From the NCBI GenBank assembly GCA_031554505.1, contig JAVBVI010000047.1:28885-92884 (forward strand): a stretch of 64,000 nucleotides of DNA. The letters run 5' to 3'. The notes under the pieces are model-generated. The model had not been told where the DNA came from. It made no database searches and saw only the letters and a program-made list of their open reading frames with translations. This stretch comes from Bacteroides sp. Its GTDB lineage: Bacteria; Bacteroidota; Bacteroidia; Bacteroidales; Bacteroidaceae. Shown in pieces: positions 40,832 to 50,705 of the stretch (positions are counted from its first letter, which is position 1; each line of letters starts with the position of its first letter). Made by a program: the position numbers and the translations under genes.

Positions 40832-41623
40832 TTATAGTTTTCGCAACCAGATATTCCGGAATCTCACCAGATCCCCATGATCCTGCAGAATGACAGGACC
40901 ATCGCCATGGGCTTTGACCTGTGGCCATCCGATATACTCCGTACTACCCAGAATCAGGGTGTTGTTTTGTACGAGGACTCCGTTGAAAAGCACCGTGATA
41001 CGCCCATGCGTATGGAGCGTACCGTCTGTTTTGAAACGTGGAGCCGTATAGATTATATCGTAGGTATTCCATTCGCCCGGTTTGCGTATGGGGTTCACCA
41101 GGGGTGCCGACTGTTTGTAGATACTACCGGCCTGGCCATGGATATAGGTTTCATTCTGGTAGTTGTCCAGTATCTGCACCTCATAGATGCCTTGCAGGAA
41201 AACACCACTATTGCCACGTCCCTGGCTTTCGCCTTTGACGAGGGTGGGTGCGCTCCACTCCAGATGAAGCTGGCAATCGCCAAACAGTTCTTTGGTACGT
41301 ATCTGCCCCGTTCCGGGCTTTACCGTCAGGACACCCTTGGGTTCGATGTTCCATTTCACTGCACTGCCATTATCGTGTTGCCAGGAGGACAAATCAGTAC
41401 TTTCGCCCAACAGTACGATGGCATCCGAGGGTGCCGGGGTCGCATCCCGGTAGGGAGCGGGAGTGACAACCGTAGGCTGAGGAGTCCAGAACTCCGTCAT
41501 CTGCGGAGTCATTTGCGGTGGTTGAGGATATTCCTTCACATTCTGCGACGCTGCGCCCTGAGGCACAGCTACGCAGAATCCAAGGAATATGACCACACTT
41601 TTGAAGGAAGTAACTATTCTCAT
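40832..41623 (-). CDS. DUF1080 (3-keto-disaccharide hydrolase/lyase family) protein
   Basis: FGDCQLHLEW, RGNSGVF, YEVQILD and LQDHGDLVRFRNIW motifs. Confidence 0.92.
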   Translation of the reverse strand: MRIVTSFKSVVIFLGFCVAVPQGAASQNVKEYPQPPQMTPQMTEFWTPQPTVVTPAPYRDATPAPSDAIVLLGESTDLSSWQHDNGSAVKWNIEPKGVLTVKPGTGQIRTKELFGDCQLHLEWSAPTLVKGESQGRGNSGVFLQGIYEVQILDNYQNETYIHGQAGSIYKQSAPLVNPIRKPGEWNTYDIIYTAPRFKTDGTLHTHGRITVLFNGVLVQNNTLILGSTEYIGWPQVKAHGDGPVILQDHGDLVRFRNIWLRKL

Positions 41624-41659
41624 TTTTTATTTCATAAATTATTTTCCGATCCGCCAGTC

Positions 41660-43054
41660 TTACCCCATATCCGCGGCCAGTTGCCCCATCTTGGGAGGAA
41701 CATAGGTAGTGGCAAAGTCCTTGATATTGCCCAGATGCAGTTCGGCAGGCATCAGGGAAAGGTTGGACGCGATGAATTCGTCCCATTTATATTCTTTGCC
41801 GGTATAAGCCGATTCGCGTCCCATGGCGCCTGTCAACGACGAAGTGACCAGCATTTCGGCTTCCAGCGTCATCGGCTCGCCCCGGCGGATGTGGTTCACC
41901 AGGTCCATGTGTTCCAGCACATACGGGTTGGTCTGTGTAAACTCGGCCTGCTCGGCTGCCGGGTCGAATTGCCAGATCAGCTTACCGTCCAGATCCCGGA
42001 TGGACATATCTTTGCTGGTCCACACGCCTTCCGTGCCATAGATTGTTTCGCTGACATCGCTGTCGCAACCGTCTATCTGACGGGCCTGGGCATGAACCCG
42101 TACCCCGCCTTCGTACACGATATCGAGCGAGAAGTTATCGAAAATATCGCCTGTGCGGCGTTGGAGTTGTGACCCCATGCCCAGGACAGATACCGGCTTG
42201 AGGTGTGAGAACCAGGTAAACACATCGATATTGTGTACCAGCTGGTCGATCACGTGGTCGCCGCACAGCCAGTTCCAGCTAAAGAAGTCGCGCAACATAT
42301 ATTCCATATCCGTCCATTCGGGACGGCGTTTGCGATAGCTCATCGCCCCCTGGTTCCATTTCACGACACCGCCCGTGATCCGGCCTATTTGTCCTTCGCG
42401 TATCCGCCGGTACGATTCGATGTAACTCCGTTGGTGATGCCTTTGCGCCCCCGTCTGGATACAAAGTCCCCGGGCCTGTGCCTGGCGAATCGCGGCATTG
42501 AACGTACGGCAGCTCACCGGATCGATTCCCGCCGCTTTTTCACAGAACACATGTTTTCCTTTTTCCACGGCATATTTCGTCTGGTCGGCATGGAAAATAG
42601 AAGGGGTGGCGATGATCACCATGTCCACATCGGGGTCTTCGCATACGCTCTTGTACGCCTCGAAGCCATAATGTATCTTCGCGTCGGGCACTTCGATGTT
42701 CCTGTTTTCGCGAAGGTGTTTCCGCAGGTTTTCCAACCGGTCTTCGAACATATCGGCCATCGCTACGATGGTCAGTCCGTCGCCCGATGTCAGGAAATCA
42801 TTGACAGCCCCCGATCCGCGACTTCCACAGCCGATGATACCTGCCCGGATAGGCTTACCGTCGATCGCCTTGTTGCCCATCTGCGGGATGTACACCGGAA
42901 TGTCCGATGGGAGCAGTTGGTACTTACTTTTACTCTCACCACTACAGGATGACACAAGGCTACCTGTGCCTGCAAATCCACCGACAACTCCGGCTGTTCC
43001 CAGCAATGCGGAGCGGGAAAGGAATTGCCTTCTCGTAATTTTCTCTTTTGCCAT
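41660..43054 (-). CDS. Tat-exported Gfo/Idh/MocA oxidoreductase (glycoside 3-dehydrogenase-like)
   Basis: TRRQFL twin-arginine signal; IGCGSRG, HVFCEK and Q.VHNID motifs. Confidence 0.9.
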   Translation of the reverse strand: MAKEKITRRQFLSRSALLGTAGVVGGFAGTGSLVSSCSGESKSKYQLLPSDIPVYIPQMGNKAIDGKPIRAGIIGCGSRGSGAVNDFLTSGDGLTIVAMADMFEDRLENLRKHLRENRNIEVPDAKIHYGFEAYKSVCEDPDVDMVIIATPSIFHADQTKYAVEKGKHVFCEKAAGIDPVSCRTFNAAIRQAQARGLCIQTGAQRHHQRSYIESYRRIREGQIGRITGGVVKWNQGAMSYRKRRPEWTDMEYMLRDFFSWNWLCGDHVIDQLVHNIDVFTWFSHLKPVSVLGMGSQLQRRTGDIFDNFSLDIVYEGGVRVHAQARQIDGCDSDVSETIYGTEGVWTSKDMSIRDLDGKLIWQFDPAAEQAEFTQTNPYVLEHMDLVNHIRRGEPMTLEAEMLVTSSLTGAMGRESAYTGKEYKWDEFIASNLSLMPAELHLGNIKDFATTYVPPKMGQLAADMG

Positions 43055-43107
43055 TATTCACAGAATTATGATTAGATATTTGATTCATTTTTTGTGGTGA
43101 ATAAAAA

Positions 43108-44103
43108 TCATTGTTTCTCAAAGGCCGCGTCGAAAGCCACGTTAGAGGGTCGGAAGTCGATCTGCTTCACAAACCGGAGCGATTCGGCCGCGCCGTGTTC
43201 ACGATCCATCCCGTTGTCTTCCCACTCTACGGAAAGCGGCCCCTGATAATCGATCCGGTTCAAGGCGCGAATGATTTCCTCGAAATTGATTTTCCCACGG
43301 CCCATGCTGCGGAAGTCCCAGTTACGGTCGCGATGCCCGAAGGGCAGATGCCCCCCAAACACACCGGCCCGGGTAGGCACATCCGACCACCAGACGTCTT
43401 TCATGTGTACATGGAAAATCTGTTCGGCAAATGTCTCGATAAATCCTATATAATCCACTCCCTGGTATCCCATGTGGCTCGGATCATAGTTAAAGCCGAA
43501 AGCAGGATGGTGTCCGATAGCTTCCAGGAGCATTTGCGCGGACGACAGATCGAACGCTATTTCGGTGGGATGAACCTCCAGGGCAAATCGCACACCGTTT
43601 TTCTGATACGAATCAACAATGGGTTGGAACCTGGCGGCCACCTCATCGAAGCCGGCTTTGATCTCATCGACAGATACCGGTGGGAAAGAATAAAGCAGGT
43701 GCCAGATGGGGCTTCCGGTGAACCCCACGACGGTCTTTACTCCCAACATGCGGGCGGCTTCGCCGGTCTTTATCATCTCTTGGGCAGCCCGTTGCCGCAC
43801 GCCTTCCGGATGGCCGTCGCCCCAGATACGGGCCGGCAGAACGGCTTTGTGACGATGGTCTATCCGGTCGCACACGCATTGTCCCACCGCATGATTGGAG
43901 AGGGTGTACAGTTCCAGTCCGTAGGCCGCCAAGGTGGCTTTTATGCCGTCGCAATATTCCGGACTTAGCTTTTCAATGTCCAGGTGATTCTCCGTACAGG
44001 CCAGCTCGAGGCCGTCGTATCCCATCTCTTGTGCTTTCCGGCAGATGGTTTCCAGAGGCATATCGCCCCACTGCGCTGTGTATAACGTAACTTTACGTGC
44101 CAT
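43108..44103 (-). CDS. Sugar phosphate isomerase/epimerase (IolE/AP_endonuc_2 TIM barrel)
   Basis: GYDGLELAC, FALEVHP.EIAFD, NYDPSH, HVHMKD and SVEWED motifs. Confidence 0.9.
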   Translation of the reverse strand: MARKVTLYTAQWGDMPLETICRKAQEMGYDGLELACTENHLDIEKLSPEYCDGIKATLAAYGLELYTLSNHAVGQCVCDRIDHRHKAVLPARIWGDGHPEGVRQRAAQEMIKTGEAARMLGVKTVVGFTGSPIWHLLYSFPPVSVDEIKAGFDEVAARFQPIVDSYQKNGVRFALEVHPTEIAFDLSSAQMLLEAIGHHPAFGFNYDPSHMGYQGVDYIGFIETFAEQIFHVHMKDVWWSDVPTRAGVFGGHLPFGHRDRNWDFRSMGRGKINFEEIIRALNRIDYQGPLSVEWEDNGMDREHGAAESLRFVKQIDFRPSNVAFDAAFEKQ

Positions 44104-44124
44104 GGTATTCTATTTAGTTGATGA

Positions 44125-45285
44125 TTATTCGATCCATTCCTGCCATTTCTGGCCGTTGCCGGTTCCAGATGTGGTGATGGTTTCAATAAACTGCATCCCC
44201 CGGAGCCCATCGTCGATACCGGGAAAATCGAGCCAGGCCGGTTCCGGTTCCCGTCCCTCTTTCCGGGCCGTCACGGTACGGGCGAAATGGCGGTAGATGT
44301 TGGCAAAGGCCTCGATATACCCTTCCGGATGCCCACCGGGAGTACGGGTATTGGCCTGGGCCCTATCGCTCATGTATCCATTCCCGGTCCGGACGATCTC
44401 CATGGGCCTGTCGCCCCACTTCACGATCAGGGTATTAGGTTCCTGCTGGTTCCACTCTATTCCACCTTTCTCACCATAAATACGGAGTCTCAGCGCGTTT
44501 TCCTCTCCGGCCGCCACTTGTGAGGCCATCAAGACGCCCGTGGCGCCGTTGTCAAAACGAAGAAGCGCGGCCCCGTCATCGTCCAGCCTACGGCCTGGGA
44601 CAAATGTGCTCAGATGGGCACACAGGGACGTACATTTCAGGCCAGTCACATACTCGGCCAGGTGGAAGGCGTGCGTGCCGATATCGCCCATGCATCCGGC
44701 TTTTCCCGAACGCTCCGGGTCGGTGCGCCATCCGGCATTGCTCTTCGGATCGAGCTCCGCCCGGGTAGACAGCCACCCCTGAGGGTATTCGGTATATATC
44801 TTACGGATGGTTCCGAAATCGCCCCGGGCCAACCGGTATCGGGCTTCTTTGATGGCCGGATAACCGGAATACGTATGCGTCAGGGCGAGTGTTCGTCCGG
44901 TGCTCTCCACGATGTGCTTCAGTTCCCGGGCTTCGGCCAGGGAGAAAGTCATCGGTTTGTCCAGTACCACGTCGAACCCATTTTCCAGGGCCATGCGGGC
45001 CGGACCGAAATGCAGATGATTAGGGGTGACAATGGACAGGAAATCCATTCGTTCGCCTTCGGGAAGGAGTTTTTCTTTTTCGATCATTTCCTGATAGGAG
45101 GCATAGACCCTTTCGGTGGGAAGGAAATATTCCCGACCCGATTGCCGGGATACGTCCGGCCGGCTGCTGAAGCACCCGCAAACCAGTTCGATGCTGTTGT
45201 CCATCAGAGCTGCACACCGGTGAATGGCTCCAATAAAAGCGCCGCTTCCTCCACCCAACATGCCCATTCGGAGTTTTCGTCTCAT
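44125..45285 (-). CDS. Gfo/Idh/MocA oxidoreductase
   Basis: GMLGGGSGAFIG..HR, VTPNHLH, GDIGTHA and PGGHPEGYIEAFANIY motifs. Confidence 0.92.
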   Translation of the reverse strand: MRRKLRMGMLGGGSGAFIGAIHRCAALMDNSIELVCGCFSSRPDVSRQSGREYFLPTERVYASYQEMIEKEKLLPEGERMDFLSIVTPNHLHFGPARMALENGFDVVLDKPMTFSLAEARELKHIVESTGRTLALTHTYSGYPAIKEARYRLARGDFGTIRKIYTEYPQGWLSTRAELDPKSNAGWRTDPERSGKAGCMGDIGTHAFHLAEYVTGLKCTSLCAHLSTFVPGRRLDDDGAALLRFDNGATGVLMASQVAAGEENALRLRIYGEKGGIEWNQQEPNTLIVKWGDRPMEIVRTGNGYMSDRAQANTRTPGGHPEGYIEAFANIYRHFARTVTARKEGREPEPAWLDFPGIDDGLRGMQFIETITTSGTGNGQKWQEWIE

Positions 45286-45476
45286 ACGTTAGTCGTTTTT
45301 ATGTTATTAGATTATGCGGAAACCCATTACGTGAGGTTGCACATAATGGGTTCATTCGCAAATATATATAAATTTAGGTAAGAATCACTGCCGATCGACT
45401 AAAAAAAATGGTTCTTCGCCACTTTAGGTGCAAATATGGCATATTAGCGGAGTGTTCAGCAGCCCCTTTCCAACAC

Positions 45477-45557
45477 GCGCTACGCGTTTTTTTGACGGGC
45501 GCTACGCGTTTTTTAAAAAGGCGTAGCGCCCGTCAGAAAAACGCGTAGCGCCCGTCA
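45477..45557. repeat. Near-perfect ~75-bp palindrome built from four ACGCGTAGCGC(CCGTCA) units
   Basis: Left arm gcgctacgcgtttttttgacgggcgctacgcgtttttt; right arm aaaaaggcgtagcgcccgtcagaaaaacgcgtagcgc. Confidence 0.9.
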
Positions 45558-45559
45558 AA

Positions 45560-45660
45560 CAGTTGACAGTTGACAATTGTCAATAAATAAAGATCTCTGT
45601 GGTGAACTAAAGATAACTGTCAACTGTCAATTGTCAATTGTCAACCGTCAATTGTCAAAG
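45560..45660. repeat. Heptamer (YTGTCAA) tandem/inverted repeats around CTCTGTGGTGAACTAAA
   Basis: gttgacagttgacaattgtcaa ... aactgtcaactgtcaattgtcaattgtcaaccgtcaattgtcaa. Confidence 0.85.
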
Positions 45661-45740
45661 TAAAATTACTTGAAGAATAAAAGTTCCGGAACCGGCTGGA
45701 AGGAGGTGGCGAGGTCCCAGGTCCCACTAAGAGACCGATT

Positions 45741-48125
45741 TCAGGACTTCCGTTGTTTCTTCACATACTTATCTCCCTGTTTTTCAATGAATTCGAACTC
45801 GACAGCACGTGTCAGCCACCTGCACGAGGTAGACTTTGAGTGATCTTGATGGGACATAAAACGATTGAATTCCGTAAAGGTAAATTCATCGGACATTTCG
45901 CGTATGGCATTCAGAATTCTGTCATAAGGTTCCAGCTTCTTGCCGGAAGCAGGTGGAAAAAGAGTGCTGAGTTGCAAGGTATGGGCCAGCAGCACATCGG
46001 TCATGGCCAGGGCCGACTCGAAATCTTCGTCCGTGCACGTGCGGTCCACGGCAAAGATCTGATCTTCCCACTTACGCAACGTGGTGAAGATGGCTGCCAG
46101 ACGCATGGCCAGCAGGGCGAAACGGTACACCACGGCAGTCACATCTTCTTGCCCCCCGAAACGAACGGCGAGCAGATGGTTATGGAAATGAGCGGCATGG
46201 CGCTCCCACTGCTCATGGGTGAAGTGTATCTGGGTGCGGGGCATCTCCACGAGCTTGAGATACATGACCAGCACCTCTTCGCCCAACCGCCGGAGAAAGG
46301 TATGCAGATCTTCCACTCCTTCCTGGGGTTCGCACGAACGGAAGGAGCATTGGGCCTGGGCGGTAAGCGCGGCTATGCGGCTGGAGAATCCGTTTTCCGG
46401 CGAACGCACCAGGTCGAGATACTGTTTCAGGGTGCCCGACATGGAGAAGGCCAGCCGTACCTTCTCGATCCAGTACGTCAGACCGTCTTTCACGAACGAA
46501 CGTCCGTACTCCTCGTGGTGGGTAGCGGCGCAGAACAGGTCGTCCATCCTGCCGTAGTCCTGCCCCAGGGAGCTCACCAGCGTATTGATCTCCGAGGCAT
46601 TGAGCACCAACCCCTGTTCGGCATTATCGCCCAGGGAGCGTACCAGACAGGATTTGGAGCAGTTGGCCGAGATCTGCAACATCAGACGGGTAGGCTCTAC
46701 GGGTTCCTCCAGGGTAAACTCTTTCCCTGCTTTGGCGGCTTTTTGCATCTCTATCTGATACTGCCGTAAGGCATTCTGGTATTCCTTATGGACTTTCGCG
46801 GACTTTTCGCAGAGAAACTGGTGCAGCGGGAACGAGATGCCCGAGGCGTGCGCCACTACGCCCTTGCCGGAAGCAGTAGAGGCCACGGCGGCAAAGAACA
46901 GGTGGCACGAATAGTCCAGATTGTCGTAGCGGAAACTCACCCGGGGCAGACAGGCGCTTAGGTTGGCCAATACGCTCATGAGCAAAAAGTCGCGCTCACG
47001 GGCGGCTTTGATGGGCGATACGGAACGCTTCAGCAGGTCGGGCAGACGCTGGTACACGTGTTCAGGGAAATAGGGTAAGGCGGACTGAATGGCTTGATTA
47101 TTTTCCAACAAATCTACCCGCTTGTAATCTTCATCTCCGTCGTCCATCGGTCTCTTAGTGGGACCTGGGACCTCACTGCATTCTTTTCGAGACTCAACAT
47201 ACTGATAACCAGCGAGTATGTCTTGTCTCATCTTGGTCCCATCGTAATCCGGCTGGGCCAGTTCCCGGCAAGCTATTTGTATCAATATTTCGAATTCTTC
47301 GGAAGAAAAGTTTTTACTTGCCGCCTTGCGTCCCAACTTCAGCATCCGTTCGTGCCGGTGGCCCCGGACGAAGGGATTCCATTGCAGGAACTCCAGGAGA
47401 AATGCTTCGACCTGGGTGGGGCCGAACGACGGTACCGCCTCCTCCCAGGGAGGGGTGACGGGAGCCTCTTCTGCCGACGGGGCGACGGGAACGGCAGAAG
47501 AGCCGGTGGCGGCAACACCGACAGCATCGGCAAGAACATCGAGAGTAGCCGCTTCGGCCGCCCTCTCCCGCCAGGGAAAGACGGTGGCCTCCGGACGATA
47601 GAACGCCAGCGGATCGTTGGACACGAAGCAGAGCCGGGTGGCGTCCTTGCACTGCTTGTCCACCGCATGCCCCACCAGCCCGCTCACCTCGGCAGCCAGC
47701 CGGGCATAGGCCGTGCGGTACTCCTCCACGCTCGTGGCTTCGATGCAGACAATGGCTTTCACACCCTGTCCGGAGACGGTGCGGAAGCAGGCCACCACGT
47801 AGGGCAGCTCGCACAGGCGGGCGAAGAGGGCATCGGTCTGAGAGCCCGTCCCGTCGAAGTCGAGCGACGCGAGCCCGCTCAGCTCGCGGAGGCAGGCCAG
47901 GGAGTGTCCGCCCTCGCAGGTAGCAGCGATACACGCCGCGGGCAGGCCACGCTTCACACGGTCGGCCTCCTTCTTCCGGCCTTCGGCCACGAGGCGTCGG
48001 TAGGTGGACACGGCACCCTGGAACGCGGGGCTGCGGATGGAGTCGATAAACTGGGATAAAGTGATGATTTCGGACTTCGGGGAAGTGATAAGGGGGAAGA
48101 GGGAAATGTTTATTTGAATTTTCAT
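45741..48125 (-). CDS. BT4734/BF3469 (VirE N-terminal, primase-like) plus DUF3987 helicase-like protein
   Basis: KRGLPA, SGLASLDFD, TVSGQGVK and D.QCKDATRLCFVSNDP motifs; P-loop-like ASTASGKG; SGT..Q and ENGFSSR. Confidence 0.85.
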   Translation of the reverse strand: MKIQINISLFPLITSPKSEIITLSQFIDSIRSPAFQGAVSTYRRLVAEGRKKEADRVKRGLPAACIAATCEGGHSLACLRELSGLASLDFDGTGSQTDALFARLCELPYVVACFRTVSGQGVKAIVCIEATSVEEYRTAYARLAAEVSGLVGHAVDKQCKDATRLCFVSNDPLAFYRPEATVFPWRERAAEAATLDVLADAVGVAATGSSAVPVAPSAEEAPVTPPWEEAVPSFGPTQVEAFLLEFLQWNPFVRGHRHERMLKLGRKAASKNFSSEEFEILIQIACRELAQPDYDGTKMRQDILAGYQYVESRKECSEVPGPTKRPMDDGDEDYKRVDLLENNQAIQSALPYFPEHVYQRLPDLLKRSVSPIKAARERDFLLMSVLANLSACLPRVSFRYDNLDYSCHLFFAAVASTASGKGVVAHASGISFPLHQFLCEKSAKVHKEYQNALRQYQIEMQKAAKAGKEFTLEEPVEPTRLMLQISANCSKSCLVRSLGDNAEQGLVLNASEINTLVSSLGQDYGRMDDLFCAATHHEEYGRSFVKDGLTYWIEKVRLAFSMSGTLKQYLDLVRSPENGFSSRIAALTAQAQCSFRSCEPQEGVEDLHTFLRRLGEEVLVMYLKLVEMPRTQIHFTHEQWERHAAHFHNHLLAVRFGGQEDVTAVVYRFALLAMRLAAIFTTLRKWEDQIFAVDRTCTDEDFESALAMTDVLLAHTLQLSTLFPPASGKKLEPYDRILNAIREMSDEFTFTEFNRFMSHQDHSKSTSCRWLTRAVEFEFIEKQGDKYVKKQRKS

Positions 48126-48422
48126 GTTTTTTAAGATTTTTGAATTATCATAATTGGGCGTTCTGGAAACGTCCGTTTTTCTGTTTAGTAAGTCGGGTCG
48201 CCGACGGTGAGCAAGTGTTTCTCTACGTCAACCGTTTACGGAGGAGGCCGTAGATAGTTTGATTTCCACGATTGTAGAAAGATTGGAATAGCGTTCATAG
48301 TAATTGTTTTTTATACTTATGCAAATATCTGCATAGTAAATGACACCATCCGGTCAGTTTTGTCCGGATGGTTCTCGAAAGAGATTGCAATTTTGCATTT
48401 GAATAATTTTAATTTTGAAAAA

Positions 48423-48833
48423 ATGAATCAAAATCACCCATCACCCGAACCAACCACTCAGGATAAGGAGAAAGAAATCTTTGACCAGAAAGTAGATGAA
48501 AACACAAGCATACTGCATGACTGCTTTGTACAAATGCTACAACTTGTCCATCTCACTAATGGAGCATTTGTTGATTCGATCGGCATATCGGAAAAGACGT
48601 TGAGACGTCAAAAAGAAAAGTTAAAAGGAAATTTTAACACTATTCTCAGGGCATTCATGGAAGCCTTTGAACTTCTGGGGCATACTTTTCACCTTAAAAA
48701 TTTAACAAGCATGATCTTCGAGGCCTTGGCTACGCATCAATATATAGCCATTATACTGATCCCTAAAAAGCAATTGGATGATTACCCCAAAAAGAATCAT
48801 CTGCTTACGCCCAACGACCCAACTACTCATTAA
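48423..48833 (+). CDS. Hypothetical protein, possible HTH
   Basis: Divergent from the BT4734 gene; FVDSIGISEKTLRR is an HTH-like segment. Confidence 0.5.
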   Translation: MNQNHPSPEPTTQDKEKEIFDQKVDENTSILHDCFVQMLQLVHLTNGAFVDSIGISEKTLRRQKEKLKGNFNTILRAFMEAFELLGHTFHLKNLTSMIFEALATHQYIAIILIPKKQLDDYPKKNHLLTPNDPTTH

Positions 48834-48879
48834 AATTCACTTGTTGACCTGCCCCGGAATGGGGACTTAATCGAGCCTA

Positions 48880-48922
48880 ACTAAAAAGGAGATGCCCCGG
48901 CTATCGGGACATCTCCTTTTCT
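48880..48922. terminator. Bidirectional terminator, copy A of a second duplicated element
   Basis: AAAAGGAGATG...CATCTCCTTTT stem; shares ACTAAAAA(A)GGAGATGC and ACATCTCCTTT with 51362-51403. Confidence 0.8.
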
Positions 48923-49004
48923 ATAGTAAAATCATATCTACCGATGCTTTACACCCCCATATGATACTTGCGTCTATATTCAATTTCTGACTAATCGTAC
49001 TCAT
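48921..49004 (-). pseudogene. Antitoxin-HTH C-terminal remnant
   Basis: MSTISQKLNIDASIIWG..; restoring one base gives ISQKLNIDASIILGV*, like HigA-type C-termini as I recall them. Confidence 0.35.
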
Positions 49005-50339
49005 CTACATATCTTCCAGAGTGAAACAAGCTGTCTCTATTTGCTCTTGAAAGAATAATTTGGTACGCAGAACTTCCACCTTCTGCTGAAACAATTCCGG
49101 CTTAAAGTTCTTGCGCTGGCGTTTTACTTCGGCCAACAGCACATGGGGTGAGTCTGCCGAAATGGCCACAATGTCCATTTTATTCTGATCGCCTCCCCTC
49201 CCTTTGGAGGTCTCCCACCAGGAACCTATGGCTTTATACTCCTGCTTTTCTTTGAGTTGCTGACGGAAATACCGCTCCAGCGTCAAACCGGAATAGGTGG
49301 AATAGTCGGCCTTTACGATTCCGGCAAGTTGGGTAAATAATCCGGTTTGAACAAAGTCCTGATATTTGGCAATGTACCTGAACCAAAAGCGCAGGAAGTT
49401 ATCCGCAATCTCATACCGCACGTTTTGAGTGGCTTCTTTGGCCAATATGGGCCTTTTCTTGGCAATGACCTCATAATCTTCCTCCAAACGTTGCAGCAAA
49501 CCTCCCACGCTGGCATTACCAATTGATTCTGATATCTCAGAAGCAGTATTCCTTCCTGAAGCAATAGCAGAAAGGATCGCATAATAATTTCCGTACTTCT
49601 TGCCAAATTCTTGAATGAGCAAAACGTTTCCTTCTTCCAGGAAAATGGAATTCTCTTGTATCACAGCATCTATCATCTTCGGCATGGTGAAACATTTCTT
49701 ATCCAGCAAAAGTTCGATGTATTTGGGAACTCCACCGGTCAACGTATACAGGGCTAACAGGTCATCATGGGTATAGTTGGGATGATAATCGGAAAGTATT
49801 TGCTTGAGGACCGCCGTAGTAAAGGGCTTCAATTTGACAATACTATCGCAGCGGCCATACAAAGGTTCTTTGTATTCCATAAAGATTTTTCGCATGAATG
49901 TATAGACAGATCCACTCGCTACAAAATGCACATGAGTGGCATCTTTATACCTGTCCCAAACATCTTGTATCCCACTGTATACGGATGGGTTGATGTAAAG
50001 AAACTCCTGAAATTCATCCACGACCAAATTGAAAGATAAGTTCCGACCGACCGCCATCAACGCTTCGAAGAGACTTACAAAGGAGGAAATTTCAGATGGG
50101 ATGTACGTGTTTAGCGAGCGACTTGCCGTTTCTGCAAATAGAGAGCATAAAGTTGCCTCATTGCTTCTTCTCACGAACAGGTACACAGTAAGGGTACCCT
50201 CACAACTCTTCAGAATCAGCTTTGTTTTACCGATGCGTCTGCGTCCGGTTAAAACAGTCATCTGGGAATGGTTATTGAATGCCACATCCCTTGTGTGAGC
50301 CAGCAGTTCCAGCTCTCGTTCTCGGTTATAAAACTTCAT
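49005..50339 (-). CDS. Archaeal-type ATPase with DUF234-like / PD-(D/E)xK nuclease C-terminus
   Basis: FYNREREL, GRRRIGKT, VDEFQ, GGVPKY, DNFLRFWFRY and MDIVA...LAEVK motifs. Confidence 0.88.
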   Translation of the reverse strand: MKFYNRERELELLAHTRDVAFNNHSQMTVLTGRRRIGKTKLILKSCEGTLTVYLFVRRSNEATLCSLFAETASRSLNTYIPSEISSFVSLFEALMAVGRNLSFNLVVDEFQEFLYINPSVYSGIQDVWDRYKDATHVHFVASGSVYTFMRKIFMEYKEPLYGRCDSIVKLKPFTTAVLKQILSDYHPNYTHDDLLALYTLTGGVPKYIELLLDKKCFTMPKMIDAVIQENSIFLEEGNVLLIQEFGKKYGNYYAILSAIASGRNTASEISESIGNASVGGLLQRLEEDYEVIAKKRPILAKEATQNVRYEIADNFLRFWFRYIAKYQDFVQTGLFTQLAGIVKADYSTYSGLTLERYFRQQLKEKQEYKAIGSWWETSKGRGGDQNKMDIVAISADSPHVLLAEVKRQRKNFKPELFQQKVEVLRTKLFFQEQIETACFTLEDM

Positions 50340-50392
50340 ACGGCATTTACTTTTATCGCCGCCGCTATTTTCGCAGCAGCGAATCCCATATA

Positions 50393-50695
50393 TCAGACCT
50401 CATCCGTGCATAAAACACAAATATGTAAAGCGTCCTCTATTTTAGTCAATGTTTCTAAAGAAAGATTTTCTTGTCCCTTCAACACTTTGCTTATGTATTG
50501 AGGAGATACATTCATGATGGATGCCAACTCTTTTTGAGACATCTTTAACTCATCCATTTTTTGGTGCATGAGTATGGCTATTTTTTGGGAATATCGCAAC
50601 CATGATTTGTTCTTTCTTCGATATTCCGCCTCTTCTTTCCACTTGGAAGGATTTGAAGAAGCCAGTTTGCTCAATTTCTCATTTATACTATTCAT
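50393..50695 (-). CDS. XRE-family HTH protein (antitoxin-like)
   Basis: MSQKELASIMNVSPQYISKVLKGQENLSLETL. Confidence 0.85.
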   Translation of the reverse strand: MNSINEKLSKLASSNPSKWKEEAEYRRKNKSWLRYSQKIAILMHQKMDELKMSQKELASIMNVSPQYISKVLKGQENLSLETLTKIEDALHICVLCTDEV

Positions 50696-50705
50696 AGTCA
50701 CCTCC

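Noticed and set aside
45477-45660. Repeat cluster as a CRISPR array
   Set aside because: The units are abutting or inverted without unique spacers, and there are no cas genes.
38708-48059. Long plus-strand ORFs (471, 431, 321, 309, 285 aa and others)
   Set aside because: They are antisense shadows of well-supported minus-strand genes in GC-rich, codon-biased DNA.
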